A stretch of DNA of 13,426 nucleotides from a virus (Duplodnaviria > Heunggongvirae > Uroviricota > Caudoviricetes). Position 1 is the first letter of the stretch; each line of letters begins with the position of its first letter. The DNA lies in the IMG/VR virus record IMGVR_UViG_651053022_000002, positions 1 to 13,426 of that record; one strand, 5' to 3'. Below the pieces are notes generated by a model. That model was given only the letters and a program-made list of their open reading frames with translations, had not been told where the DNA came from and did no database searches. This document shows, one piece after another, positions 7,716-13,426 of this stretch. The translations under genes were made by a program, and so were the position numbers.

Positions 7716-7787
7716 TGCGGCAATCCTCTTGTTACAGATGTGCGAAGGCCTCCCGCCGCAAGGTGCAGGAAAGGCCCGGAACAGGAA

Positions 7788-8018
7788 TTAATGGAGTTTG
7801 TTTTGCTGCTGGATGAGCTGTTGAAGCTCGTGCAGATCATCCGCCAGATAGCTGAAAACAGAGGCGGAATAAATGTTTGATAGTGCGTGGCTGCGCTCAT
7901 GCAGCATATTGATGTGCATGATTTGCGCGACGCGTGATGCGCGGGAAAGTCTGCGGTTGATTTCAGTCTGGATGTGACGACGCTCCGCGATAGCGCGGTG
8001 CTGTTTGCGGTTTGCCAT
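7788..8018 (-). CDS. Small basic protein (76 aa), possible DNA-binding regulator
   Basis: ORF 7788..8018, MANRKQHRAIAERRHIQTEINRRLSRASRVAQ..., Arg/Lys-rich N-terminus; AAGGGG Shine-Dalgarno upstream. Confidence 0.5.
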   Translation of the reverse strand: MANRKQHRAIAERRHIQTEINRRLSRASRVAQIMHINMLHERSHALSNIYSASVFSYLADDLHELQQLIQQQNKLH

Positions 8019-8196
8019 GGTGTGGCCCCTTGTGTAGTAAGTTGTGAAAACTCACCATCCAGAGCTGCGAAACTGTGGGTGGCGAGACGTACGAGGTTCG
8101 CAGTACCGGCTACACAAGAACCCGGCCCGACCGAAGTCGGCCCCGTACGCCCCGCCATAATTCTGACGCGAAAAAAACGTGGCAATACAGTACGCA

Positions 8197-8218
8197 CAAA
8201 AAAACCGCTGGCGCGGTT
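8197..8218 (-). terminator. Candidate intrinsic terminator on the minus strand inside the early operon
   Basis: Minus strand reads aaccgc-gcca-gcggtt followed by TTTTTTT (plus coordinates 8203..8218 stem-loop, 8197..8202 T-tract), about 120 nt after the 8341..8640 gene. Confidence 0.5.
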
Positions 8219-8340
8219 GTGCGCTTGTGTAGTCAGCAGGCTGCGAAACCCGGCACCCGTTTTATGAGGTGCAGCGGAAATGTAACCTGACTGATTGCGG
8301 CATGGCAAGCGGTTTTTTTGTGTGTGCATGCTCTGGTTTC

Positions 8341-8640
8341 TTACTGGTTCAGAAAAAAATCAAAAACCTTGTCAATACGTTGCAGCAGCTCTTGCTGTAT
8401 TGCTTCCGGCGTTTCCGGTTCGCCTGGCACCTCCAATGTCGCGCAGAAATCAGCGATTTCATGATGGAGCGTCAGGCGAATGGCAGGAGCCGTGGTTCTG
8501 GCGTGCTCCAGCTCATCCAGCAATGCCAGCGCAGCAGACGGCGAGAGCATTGCGCGAAATGCCAGTAATTTTTGAGGTGTTGCCATTCGTTGCAGGGCAA
8601 ATGCCAGTTCGCGTAGCTTCTGGTGGTTGATGGTGCTCAT
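8341..8640 (-). CDS. Hypothetical protein (99 aa)
   Basis: ORF 8341..8640 with GAAGGAAG Shine-Dalgarno; its start overlaps the upstream gene's stop by 4 nt. Confidence 0.6.
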   Translation of the reverse strand: MSTINHQKLRELAFALQRMATPQKLLAFRAMLSPSAALALLDELEHARTTAPAIRLTLHHEIADFCATLEVPGEPETPEAIQQELLQRIDKVFDFFLNQ

Positions 8641-8903
8641 GTTCTGGCTTCCTTCAGTAGCTGGTTAAACATGTGAGTAAGTGGATTGCTACACCCGAAC
8701 GGCATCGGGTTTACGTGGTAAGAAGCCTGGCCTCCAGTTTTGCGAGCGCGACCACCTGTGCTGCGGTTTGTTCTGATGACTAAGCCGCCGCGCCAAAGTT
8801 GGCGTAACTCAGCATTAATGGCTGTGGTTGGAGTATTCAGTGCTGCGGCGATCTCTCCGCCGCTACACCCCGGATGAGTAGCGATGTAGTCCAGAATGGT
8901 CAT
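8637..8903 (-). CDS. Hypothetical protein (88 aa), possible winged-helix DNA-binding protein
   Basis: ORF 8637..8903, AGGAG 6 nt before the ATG; MTILDYIATHPGCSGGEIAAALNTPTTAINAELRQLWRGGLVIR is an HTH-like segment; 4-nt overlap with the neighbouring gene. Confidence 0.6.
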   Translation of the reverse strand: MTILDYIATHPGCSGGEIAAALNTPTTAINAELRQLWRGGLVIRTNRSTGGRARKTGGQASYHVNPMPFGCSNPLTHMFNQLLKEART

Positions 8904-9103
8904 CTGCGTGGCTCCTGTACCTGTCGGATAAGGTTTACCCGCGCCACATTAGTGGCGCAGAAGTAAGTGCCGTCAGTGAGGTAGATGTGGTGTGCATCCT
9001 TTTCCGAACGATGTTTGTCGATAGTGGTAATCAGGCGTTCGTCGACCTCGTATTCGCGCCCTCTGGAGGTAAAGCGAACGACGGGAAAATGCTTAATTGC
9101 CAT
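8900..9103 (-). CDS. Hypothetical protein (67 aa)
   Basis: ORF 8900..9103 with AAGGGGG Shine-Dalgarno. Confidence 0.55.
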   Translation of the reverse strand: MAIKHFPVVRFTSRGREYEVDERLITTIDKHRSEKDAHHIYLTDGTYFCATNVARVNLIRQVQEPRR

Positions 9104-9126
9104 TGCGCCCCCTTTGTCCAGTAACT

Positions 9127-9537
9127 CTATGCGTTAAATACGGTGCACTGTGCGTCATCAATGAATGCGACTTGAGAGCGCTCTATCAGGCGGAGATTTG
9201 TCAGAATTTCTGATTCCCTTATGGGGTGAGGAGTGATCAGGTATTTATCCTGTAACCCGGCGATAATGGTGTATCGCTGTAGCTCCGAGCCAATTGTGTA
9301 AATAAGGCGTCCGGTGTTAGACAAATCCAGTCCGGTGACTGGTTGTGTTCTGAGAACCGCCAGTTCAGCATCCTGTTTTGCGATAATTTCGGCTGCTTCT
9401 GCCGTGACTCTTGCGACTATCAGTGTGTGGGTTGCGACGTCCATATGATTATTTGCTATGGCTTTTTTCGCTACTTCGTTTTCTGTCTTTGAAATTTCTT
9501 TCAGTGCTCTGATGATACCTTCTTCTTTTGCGTGCAT
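9127..9537 (-). CDS. Hypothetical protein (136 aa)
   Basis: ORF 9127..9537 with GGAGA 7 nt before the ATG; lower G+C than the rep region. Confidence 0.6.
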   Translation of the reverse strand: MHAKEEGIIRALKEISKTENEVAKKAIANNHMDVATHTLIVARVTAEAAEIIAKQDAELAVLRTQPVTGLDLSNTGRLIYTIGSELQRYTIIAGLQDKYLITPHPIRESEILTNLRLIERSQVAFIDDAQCTVFNA

Positions 9538-9630
9538 TTTTGTATCTCCGTTATTTGCGTGTGCGAATACCTCCGTTAATACGGATGGTTTTCACGTTTT
9601 CTTATTTAATTTGATGTTTTATTTGTATCG

Positions 9631-9744
9631 TTATTCACCAGTGAAAAAACGTTCAATCTTTTTTACTGAATGAATAATTCGCACAATGCCAATTGCGCAG
9701 ACCACTGAAATAATCAGAACAATCCATGACATAAATATACTCAT
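9631..9744 (-). CDS. Unlisted small hydrophobic peptide (37 aa), probably a single transmembrane helix
   Basis: My own translation: MSIFMSWIVLIISVVCAIGIVRIIHSVKKIERFFTGE. The ATG at 9744..9742 overlaps the upstream stop at 9743..9741 (ATGA coupling); GGGGA lies 7 nt upstream. Too short for the supplied ORF track. Confidence 0.4.
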   Translation of the reverse strand: MSIFMSWIVLIISVVCAIGIVRIIHSVKKIERFFTGE

Positions 9745-9983
9745 GCGATATTCCCCAGCTTATACGGTTCAATATGTTCCCCGCATTCTGCGGCACAGAT
9801 CAGCTCGGAAAGTTCGTTAAGTGCATCCAGATCATCAGCGTAAAAAGCCACGTCATACAGACTCCGGATTGCCCTGGTCAATGAGTCACGGGCTGCACGT
9901 TCAGCATGAGCGCCTGATGCACTTAAGCGAAAATAAAAACGCTCAAGTGCTTTGTTAATGAGAGTTTTATATTCTTTGCCCAT
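9741..9983 (-). CDS. Hypothetical protein (80 aa from the internal ATG)
   Basis: ORF 9741..10034 trimmed to the ATG at 9983..9981 (MGKEYKTLINKALERFYFRL...), which avoids overlap with the upstream gene. Confidence 0.5.
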   Translation of the reverse strand: MGKEYKTLINKALERFYFRLSASGAHAERAARDSLTRAIRSLYDVAFYADDLDALNELSELICAAECGEHIEPYKLGNIA

Positions 9984-9994
9984 CGCAACGCCCT

Positions 9995-10273
9995 TTAATC
10001 TGCTTTCTGAATTTCTGCTTCTGAATCCATACAAATAATTTCGATATAGGGTTCATCGCCATTAGTCTTACGTGCTTTTTCCGCTTCGCTAATGATTTCG
10101 TGTACAGTCTGGTACGGAAGTTCTACGGTCAGGCGCGTGCCGTTCAGATAAACGTAAGTAGCTGCATTTTTTTCGGATGGAACAACTCCGTCAATGGCTG
10201 ATGCGCGTAATAACAGTTCACCGCGAAAATCAATAAAACGGATAAATACACCTTGTGCATGCTCTTTGGTCAT
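9995..10273 (-). CDS. Hypothetical protein (92 aa from the internal ATG)
   Basis: ORF 9995..10333 trimmed to the ATG at 10273..10271 (MTKEHAQGVFIRFIDF...), with AGGTG upstream and a 10-nt gap to the preceding gene. Confidence 0.5.
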   Translation of the reverse strand: MTKEHAQGVFIRFIDFRGELLLRASAIDGVVPSEKNAATYVYLNGTRLTVELPYQTVHEIISEAEKARKTNGDEPYIEIICMDSEAEIQKAD

Positions 10274-10283
10274 AAAGCACCTG

Positions 10284-10634
10284 TTATAAATCAGCCTGTT
10301 TAATAAAACTTTGCCCGTGAAGCAGACGATCAACCGTGCGAAGTGCTTCGTATAATGTGAAATCCTGCCCGAACTGATTGTCGCCGTTGCTCAGTGCAAA
10401 AATGCGGTTTCCGGTAAATGGGTTGCGCTGGCATCTGTGAACCACGATTCCTGCTTTTTCAATCAGCCAAGTGTGTTCACCAATTTGTTTTACTGGGTAG
10501 CCATCCGGCGTTGCGTGTGTTTCGCTCAGGCTGTAGCGAGAGTTGCTACGTGATGCACTGGTAGCGAAACGGTTAGCATGGCGTTCCGCACCGTTGCGGA
10601 AGCGCTGCTGTGAAGAATTGCGCTGTAGTTTCAT
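10284..10634 (-). CDS. Hypothetical protein (116 aa), first gene of the leftward early operon
   Basis: ORF 10284..10634; the ATG at 10634 sits just downstream of a palindrome-containing promoter region. Confidence 0.55.
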   Translation of the reverse strand: MKLQRNSSQQRFRNGAERHANRFATSASRSNSRYSLSETHATPDGYPVKQIGEHTWLIEKAGIVVHRCQRNPFTGNRIFALSNGDNQFGQDFTLYEALRTVDRLLHGQSFIKQADL

Positions 10635-10645
10635 ATTAAAACTCT

Positions 10646-10737
10646 GTACCTTCGGTAAGGTGTACTCGTGTCACCTTGTATTGATTTGTGGTATTTTTTT
10701 TGTGTGTCTAGGACTTGGACTGGCCGGTTCAGGTCCT
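10646..10737. promoter_or_regulatory. Divergent regulatory region with two inverted repeats
   Basis: accttCGGTaaggt at 10648..10661 (5-bp arms); imperfect inverted repeat aggacttggac / gttcaggtcct at 10710..10737 (9 of 11 positions complementary, 6-bp spacer). Lies between the minus-strand early operon and the plus-strand 63-aa ORF. Confidence 0.35.
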
Positions 10738-10771
10738 GGCTTATGTTTAATTAAATTGTTAAGAGGTTTTC

Positions 10772-10963
10772 ATGTCAGAAGATAAAAAAGTTGTTAATTT
10801 GTTGAGTGAACTTAGTGCTGCTCTGGATAACATTAACCCTCCCAGGGTAAAAACGACGGGTGATAAAGACGCATTAAACACAGAGATTCATATATTACTG
10901 GCGTTAGTAACTGACAAAATTCAGCGTAAATACCCACCTGTCACACAACTGGTTGATTTTTAA
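10772..10963 (+). CDS. Small hypothetical protein (63 aa), AT-rich, the only plus-strand gene in the interior
   Basis: ORF 10772..10963, MSEDKKVVNLLSELSAALDNINPPRVKTTGDKDALNTEIHILLALVTDKIQRKYPPVTQLVDF, with AAGAGG 6 nt before the ATG; convergent with the 141-aa gene. Confidence 0.5.
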   Translation: MSEDKKVVNLLSELSAALDNINPPRVKTTGDKDALNTEIHILLALVTDKIQRKYPPVTQLVDF

Positions 10964-10969
10964 TTTGAT

Positions 10970-11392
10970 TTATGCCGGGCTGCTCCCGGCATCTTCTACC
11001 TGCCATAATGTCTCGTCACCTGATAGAGCAAAACGAAATGAGTGAAGTATATCCCCCCGAGAGAAGCTCACGGCTACAGCTGCGGGAAAGTCAAATATAA
11101 TCCCACCTTCATTTTTAAAACGATTACGCAATTGATAGGCTATCGGTTTGATTTGTGCAGGAAGAGTATCTATATCTCTTCCATTGACAACAGAATCTTT
11201 GTTTTCAAGTACTGATTTAGCGATTAGATATAGATGCCAGTAACTGGTTACAATTGTTACTCCTGTGATGTGTCGTAAATTAATTGCAATTCGTCCGTTA
11301 TTATGTTTTTCCGCAAGGTATTTCAGGTTATCAATTAATGCTTGGTCATTTTTTGAAATAGTTATTGTGAAATCTGACGTGTTTGTTTTCAT
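10970..11392 (-). CDS. Hypothetical protein (141 aa) in an AT-rich segment; candidate cargo (moron) gene
   Basis: ORF 10970..11635 trimmed to the ATG at 11392..11390, 4 nt after the upstream stop. Protein MKTNTSDFTITISKNDQALIDNLKYLAEKHNNGRIAINLRHITGVTIVTSYWHLYLIAKSVLENKDSVVNGRDIDTLPAQIKPIAYQLRNRFKNEGGIIFDFPAAVAVSFSRGDILHSFRFALSGDETLWQVEDAGSSPA. I counted 23/60 G+C in line 11101..11160 versus 41/60 in rep line 5701..5760. Confidence 0.6.
   Translation of the reverse strand: MKTNTSDFTITISKNDQALIDNLKYLAEKHNNGRIAINLRHITGVTIVTSYWHLYLIAKSVLENKDSVVNGRDIDTLPAQIKPIAYQLRNRFKNEGGIIFDFPAAVAVSFSRGDILHSFRFALSGDETLWQVEDAGSSPA
10972..10992 (+). terminator. Hairpin (8-bp stem) just after the 63-aa ORF; possible terminator overlapping the 3' end of the convergent 141-aa gene
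   Basis: atgccggg-ctgct-cccggcat at 10972..10992, 9 nt after the TAA at 10961..10963; the following tract (cttct) is only weakly U-rich. Confidence 0.3.
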
Positions 11393-11396
11393 ACGA

Positions 11397-11918
11397 TTAG
11401 TTGCCTCTGTTGTTTCTGAGTTGGTCCAGTTTTGAGCTTCTGCCTGTATAAACTCGCTTACCGTTAATGGTCTGGCAGTCTTCTTTATTAGCTGGAGAGA
11501 ACTTCCTTTTCTGGCGGTCATACGTCCAGTAACTTTTCCAGTTGTGCCATTCTGGGGGCTCGTGCTCTGGTAGCTCATCAGCCAACTTGTCCCACTCTTT
11601 GGCGTTAAACCACCATACTCCGTCTGAGTTTTCATCTTCCGGGTTTGTGCGCGTCTTGTGTCCCGGCATTTGACCGCGATGAATGGCTACGCGCAGTGCA
11701 GATTTTGTTAGCCCAATATATGCCGCGCCTTTTTCCAGAGAGCAAAGCCCGGCGATCGGACCATCCAGCCGCAAAGTCGCTCCTTTTTTGTAGGAACGCT
11801 TTTTCTTGTTTTCTTCGTGCTCGTCGTCGTTGGCGGCATCAATGGATCCGCTGAGTGCGTCACTTTCCTGAAGTGGTTGGTGGTCAGATAACTCTTTATC
11901 GGCAATGAAGTCCCGCAT
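11397..11918 (-). CDS. Excisionase/Cox-like HTH protein (173 aa) with an acidic N-terminus, divergent from the repressor
   Basis: ORF 11397..11918 with AAGAGGA before the ATG. The segment GAAYIGLTKSALRVAIHRGQMPGHK...GVWWFNAKEWDKL looks like an Xis/AlpA/MerR-type HTH with wing; its position mirrors cox/apl in P2/186-type switches. Confidence 0.6.
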   Translation of the reverse strand: MRDFIADKELSDHQPLQESDALSGSIDAANDDEHEENKKKRSYKKGATLRLDGPIAGLCSLEKGAAYIGLTKSALRVAIHRGQMPGHKTRTNPEDENSDGVWWFNAKEWDKLADELPEHEPPEWHNWKSYWTYDRQKRKFSPANKEDCQTINGKRVYTGRSSKLDQLRNNRGN

Positions 11919-11977
11919 TTGTTATCCTCTTGCGTTGGTGCGCTTGTCGCGCCTTGTGATGGTTTGTTTTGGCTTGT

Positions 11978-12001
11978 AAAGATAACCAAAAGGTTATCTT
12001 T
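11978..12001. promoter_or_regulatory. Perfect palindromic operator (10-bp arms, 4-bp spacer) in the divergent promoter region
   Basis: aaagataacc-aaaa-ggttatcttt at 11978..12001; a further half-site ggttatctt at 12025..12033 overlaps the regulator start codon. Confidence 0.6.
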
Positions 12002-12022
12002 GTGCGAGAGGTTAATACTCAA

Positions 12023-12364
12023 ATGGTTATCTTGTCAATAGACTACGCAAAAAAGTTACGTCAGATACGTAAGGCGGAAGGGTTAACACAAAAGCAGTTT
12101 GCGGATATTACTGGGTTGTCTTTGGCAACCATAAGGAATTACGAATCGGGGCAAAAGAACGCTAGAGCAAAAATCGTTGAGGCGGTTCTGCAAGTCGATC
12201 GCTTTGAAAAATACATGCTGTGGCTAATAAAAGATAAGACGCTACCTGTCGCCGGGCAGATTGCTCCGGCTCTCTCTCTTGATGGATCTATTCAGTCGGA
12301 GGGCGATCAGGTTTCAATCGGTATTACCCAAAAATCACCCCGATCAGGCCGCAATGTTGGCTGA
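12023..12364 (+). CDS. XRE-family helix-turn-helix transcriptional regulator (immunity repressor-like), 113 aa
   Basis: The segment LRQIRKAEGLTQKQFADITGLSLATIRNYESGQK is a canonical XRE/Cro-C1 HTH. First in-frame ATG at 12023 (the ORF track begins at a TTG at 11969). Same orientation as int, divergent from the Cox-like gene. Confidence 0.75.
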   Translation: MVILSIDYAKKLRQIRKAEGLTQKQFADITGLSLATIRNYESGQKNARAKIVEAVLQVDRFEKYMLWLIKDKTLPVAGQIAPALSLDGSIQSEGDQVSIGITQKSPRSGRNVG

Positions 12365-12433
12365 CTCTACACATTGAGCGAATTACATATCGCAAGGAGT
12401 GTTTAGTTAATTTATCCGTTGGAGGGGCTAATC

Positions 12434-13426
12434 ATGTCGATTAAGCAACTCAAAGACGGACGTTATCAGGTCGATGTCAGACCGCAGGGGGCGGAAGGAA
12501 AGCGGATTCGAAAAATCTTTGCCCTGAAATCAAAGGCTCAGGAGTTTGAGAAGTATGTGTTACAGAACTTTCATGACAAGCCATGGCAGGCTAAGCCAGC
12601 TGATCAGCGGCGATTATCAGAGCTGCTTGATGCGTGGTGGATGCTTGATGGGCGTAATCAGGCTTACGGGGATAGCTACAGGGTTAGGCTAGGGAAGGTT
12701 GTTCGTGAAATGGGAGATCCTCGCGCCAGTCAGATGACGCGAAAATTTATGCTTGAATATCGGTCAGAGAAATTACAGGCCGGATTAATGCCGTCCAGTA
12801 TTAATCGTGACTTATGCGTACTGTCTACCATGTTCACGGTGCTGATTGAAGCTGAGGTCTTTCACAACGCGAACCCTGTACGCGGTATACGAAAACTGAA
12901 AGTTCAGAACACAGAGATGGCCTTTCTTTCTGATGATGAGATTGAACGGCTTCTTGAGCGACTGGAGGGTGATGTGCGTCGTGTTGCCATTCTGTGTCTT
13001 TCTACTGGTGCCCGATGGAGTGAAGCATCGGAACTACGTGGAGAGCATATCGTTGGCAACCGGGTGACGTTCTTTAACACCAAAAACGGAAAATCCCGTT
13101 CGGTTCCTGTGGCGGATTCGGTCGTGCCTCTGATTAAAACCCGTCGAACGGGGTTATTGTATCAGGTTGATTATCTGAAGTTCCGGGAGATTCTTCAGGA
13201 GGTGAAACCGGATTTGCCGAAGGGGCAGGCTACGCATGTCATGCGTCATACATTTGCCACACACTTTATGATGAATGGCGGAAATATTGTTACGTTGCAA
13301 CGAATCCTGGGGCACGCAACGATTCAGCAAACAATGACGTACGCTCATTTTTCGCCGGACTTTTTACTGGACGCGATCAACTTTAATCCGCTGGCTGAAA
13401 GTGTCCATAAACTGTCCATCGATTAG
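12434..13426 (+). CDS. int: Tyrosine site-specific integrase, 330 aa
   Basis: GGAGGGG lies 7 nt before the ATG at 12434. N-terminal arm-binding-like region (MSIKQLKDGRYQVDVRPQGAEGKRIRKIF...), catalytic signatures (ARWSEASELR; HVMRHTFATHF; LGHATIQQTMTYAHF). The stop codon is the last three bases of the window. Confidence 0.9.
   Translation: MSIKQLKDGRYQVDVRPQGAEGKRIRKIFALKSKAQEFEKYVLQNFHDKPWQAKPADQRRLSELLDAWWMLDGRNQAYGDSYRVRLGKVVREMGDPRASQMTRKFMLEYRSEKLQAGLMPSSINRDLCVLSTMFTVLIEAEVFHNANPVRGIRKLKVQNTEMAFLSDDEIERLLERLEGDVRRVAILCLSTGARWSEASELRGEHIVGNRVTFFNTKNGKSRSVPVADSVVPLIKTRRTGLLYQVDYLKFREILQEVKPDLPKGQATHVMRHTFATHFMMNGGNIVTLQRILGHATIQQTMTYAHFSPDFLLDAINFNPLAESVHKLSID

Noticed and set aside
7302-7880. 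192-aa plus-strand ORF
   Set aside because: Antisense to the 7350..7715 and 7788..8018 genes and to the rep start.
8296-8320. Plus-strand T7 run after gcggcatggcaagcgg as a terminator
   Set aside because: No convincing stem (the flanking segments are not complementary) and no plus-strand gene upstream.
7712-8329. 205-aa minus-strand ORF spanning the 8019..8340 gap
   Set aside because: Low-complexity translation, overlaps the 7788..8018 gene in another frame and runs through a terminator hairpin; more likely non-coding.
9458-9673. 71-aa plus-strand ORF in the AT-rich gap
   Set aside because: Phe-rich translation typical of AT-rich non-coding DNA; antisense to the better-supported coupled 37-aa peptide.
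10543-10785. 80-aa plus-strand ORF across the early-operon promoter region
   Set aside because: Overlaps the 5' end of the 116-aa minus-strand gene and the regulatory inverted repeats; no Shine-Dalgarno sequence.
10970-11635. Long 221-aa form of the 141-aa gene
   Set aside because: The extension overlaps the Cox-like gene in another frame and is Thr/Ser-rich low complexity; the internal ATG at 11392 directly follows the upstream stop.
11645-12022. ORFs 11645..11854 (plus) and 11708..12022 (minus) overlapping the Cox-like gene and operator region
   Set aside because: Out-of-frame overlaps with a gene that has a strong Shine-Dalgarno and an HTH motif; 11708..12022 would run through the operator palindrome.
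13154-13348. 64-aa minus-strand ORF inside int
   Set aside because: Antisense to the integrase catalytic domain.
1-13426. CRISPR array, tRNA or rRNA genes
   Set aside because: No regularly spaced short repeats and no tRNA-like cloverleaf or rRNA-like conserved sequence were recognised by eye; a tRNA could still lie just beyond the integrase end.

Overview
This window reads as an Enterobacteriaceae (E. coli-like) mosaic integrative element, with almost all genes on the minus strand. All calls below come from reading the sequence and the ORF translations; family assignments rest on recalled similarity and were not searched. From right to left: (1) a tyrosine integrase at the right edge, an XRE-type HTH regulator with a perfect palindromic operator, and a divergent excisionase/Cox-like HTH gene, which together resemble a P2/186-type immunity switch; (2) an AT-rich insert carrying a convergent pair of unknown genes (141 aa and 63 aa); (3) a tightly packed leftward operon of eight small uncharacterised proteins plus a hidden 37-aa hydrophobic peptide; (4) a 940-aa rolling-circle replication initiator of the P2 gpA type (HUH and YxxxY motifs); (5) a ParM/ParR actin-type partition pair with hairpin-containing repeats upstream; (6) a CP4-island-type type IV toxin-antitoxin region (cbeA/cbtA) with nested partial duplications. 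No tRNA, rRNA or CRISPR array was recognised. The best candidates for something undescribed are the AT-rich convergent cassette and the early-operon small proteins; the combination of integrase, rolling-circle Rep and ParMR is itself unusual.
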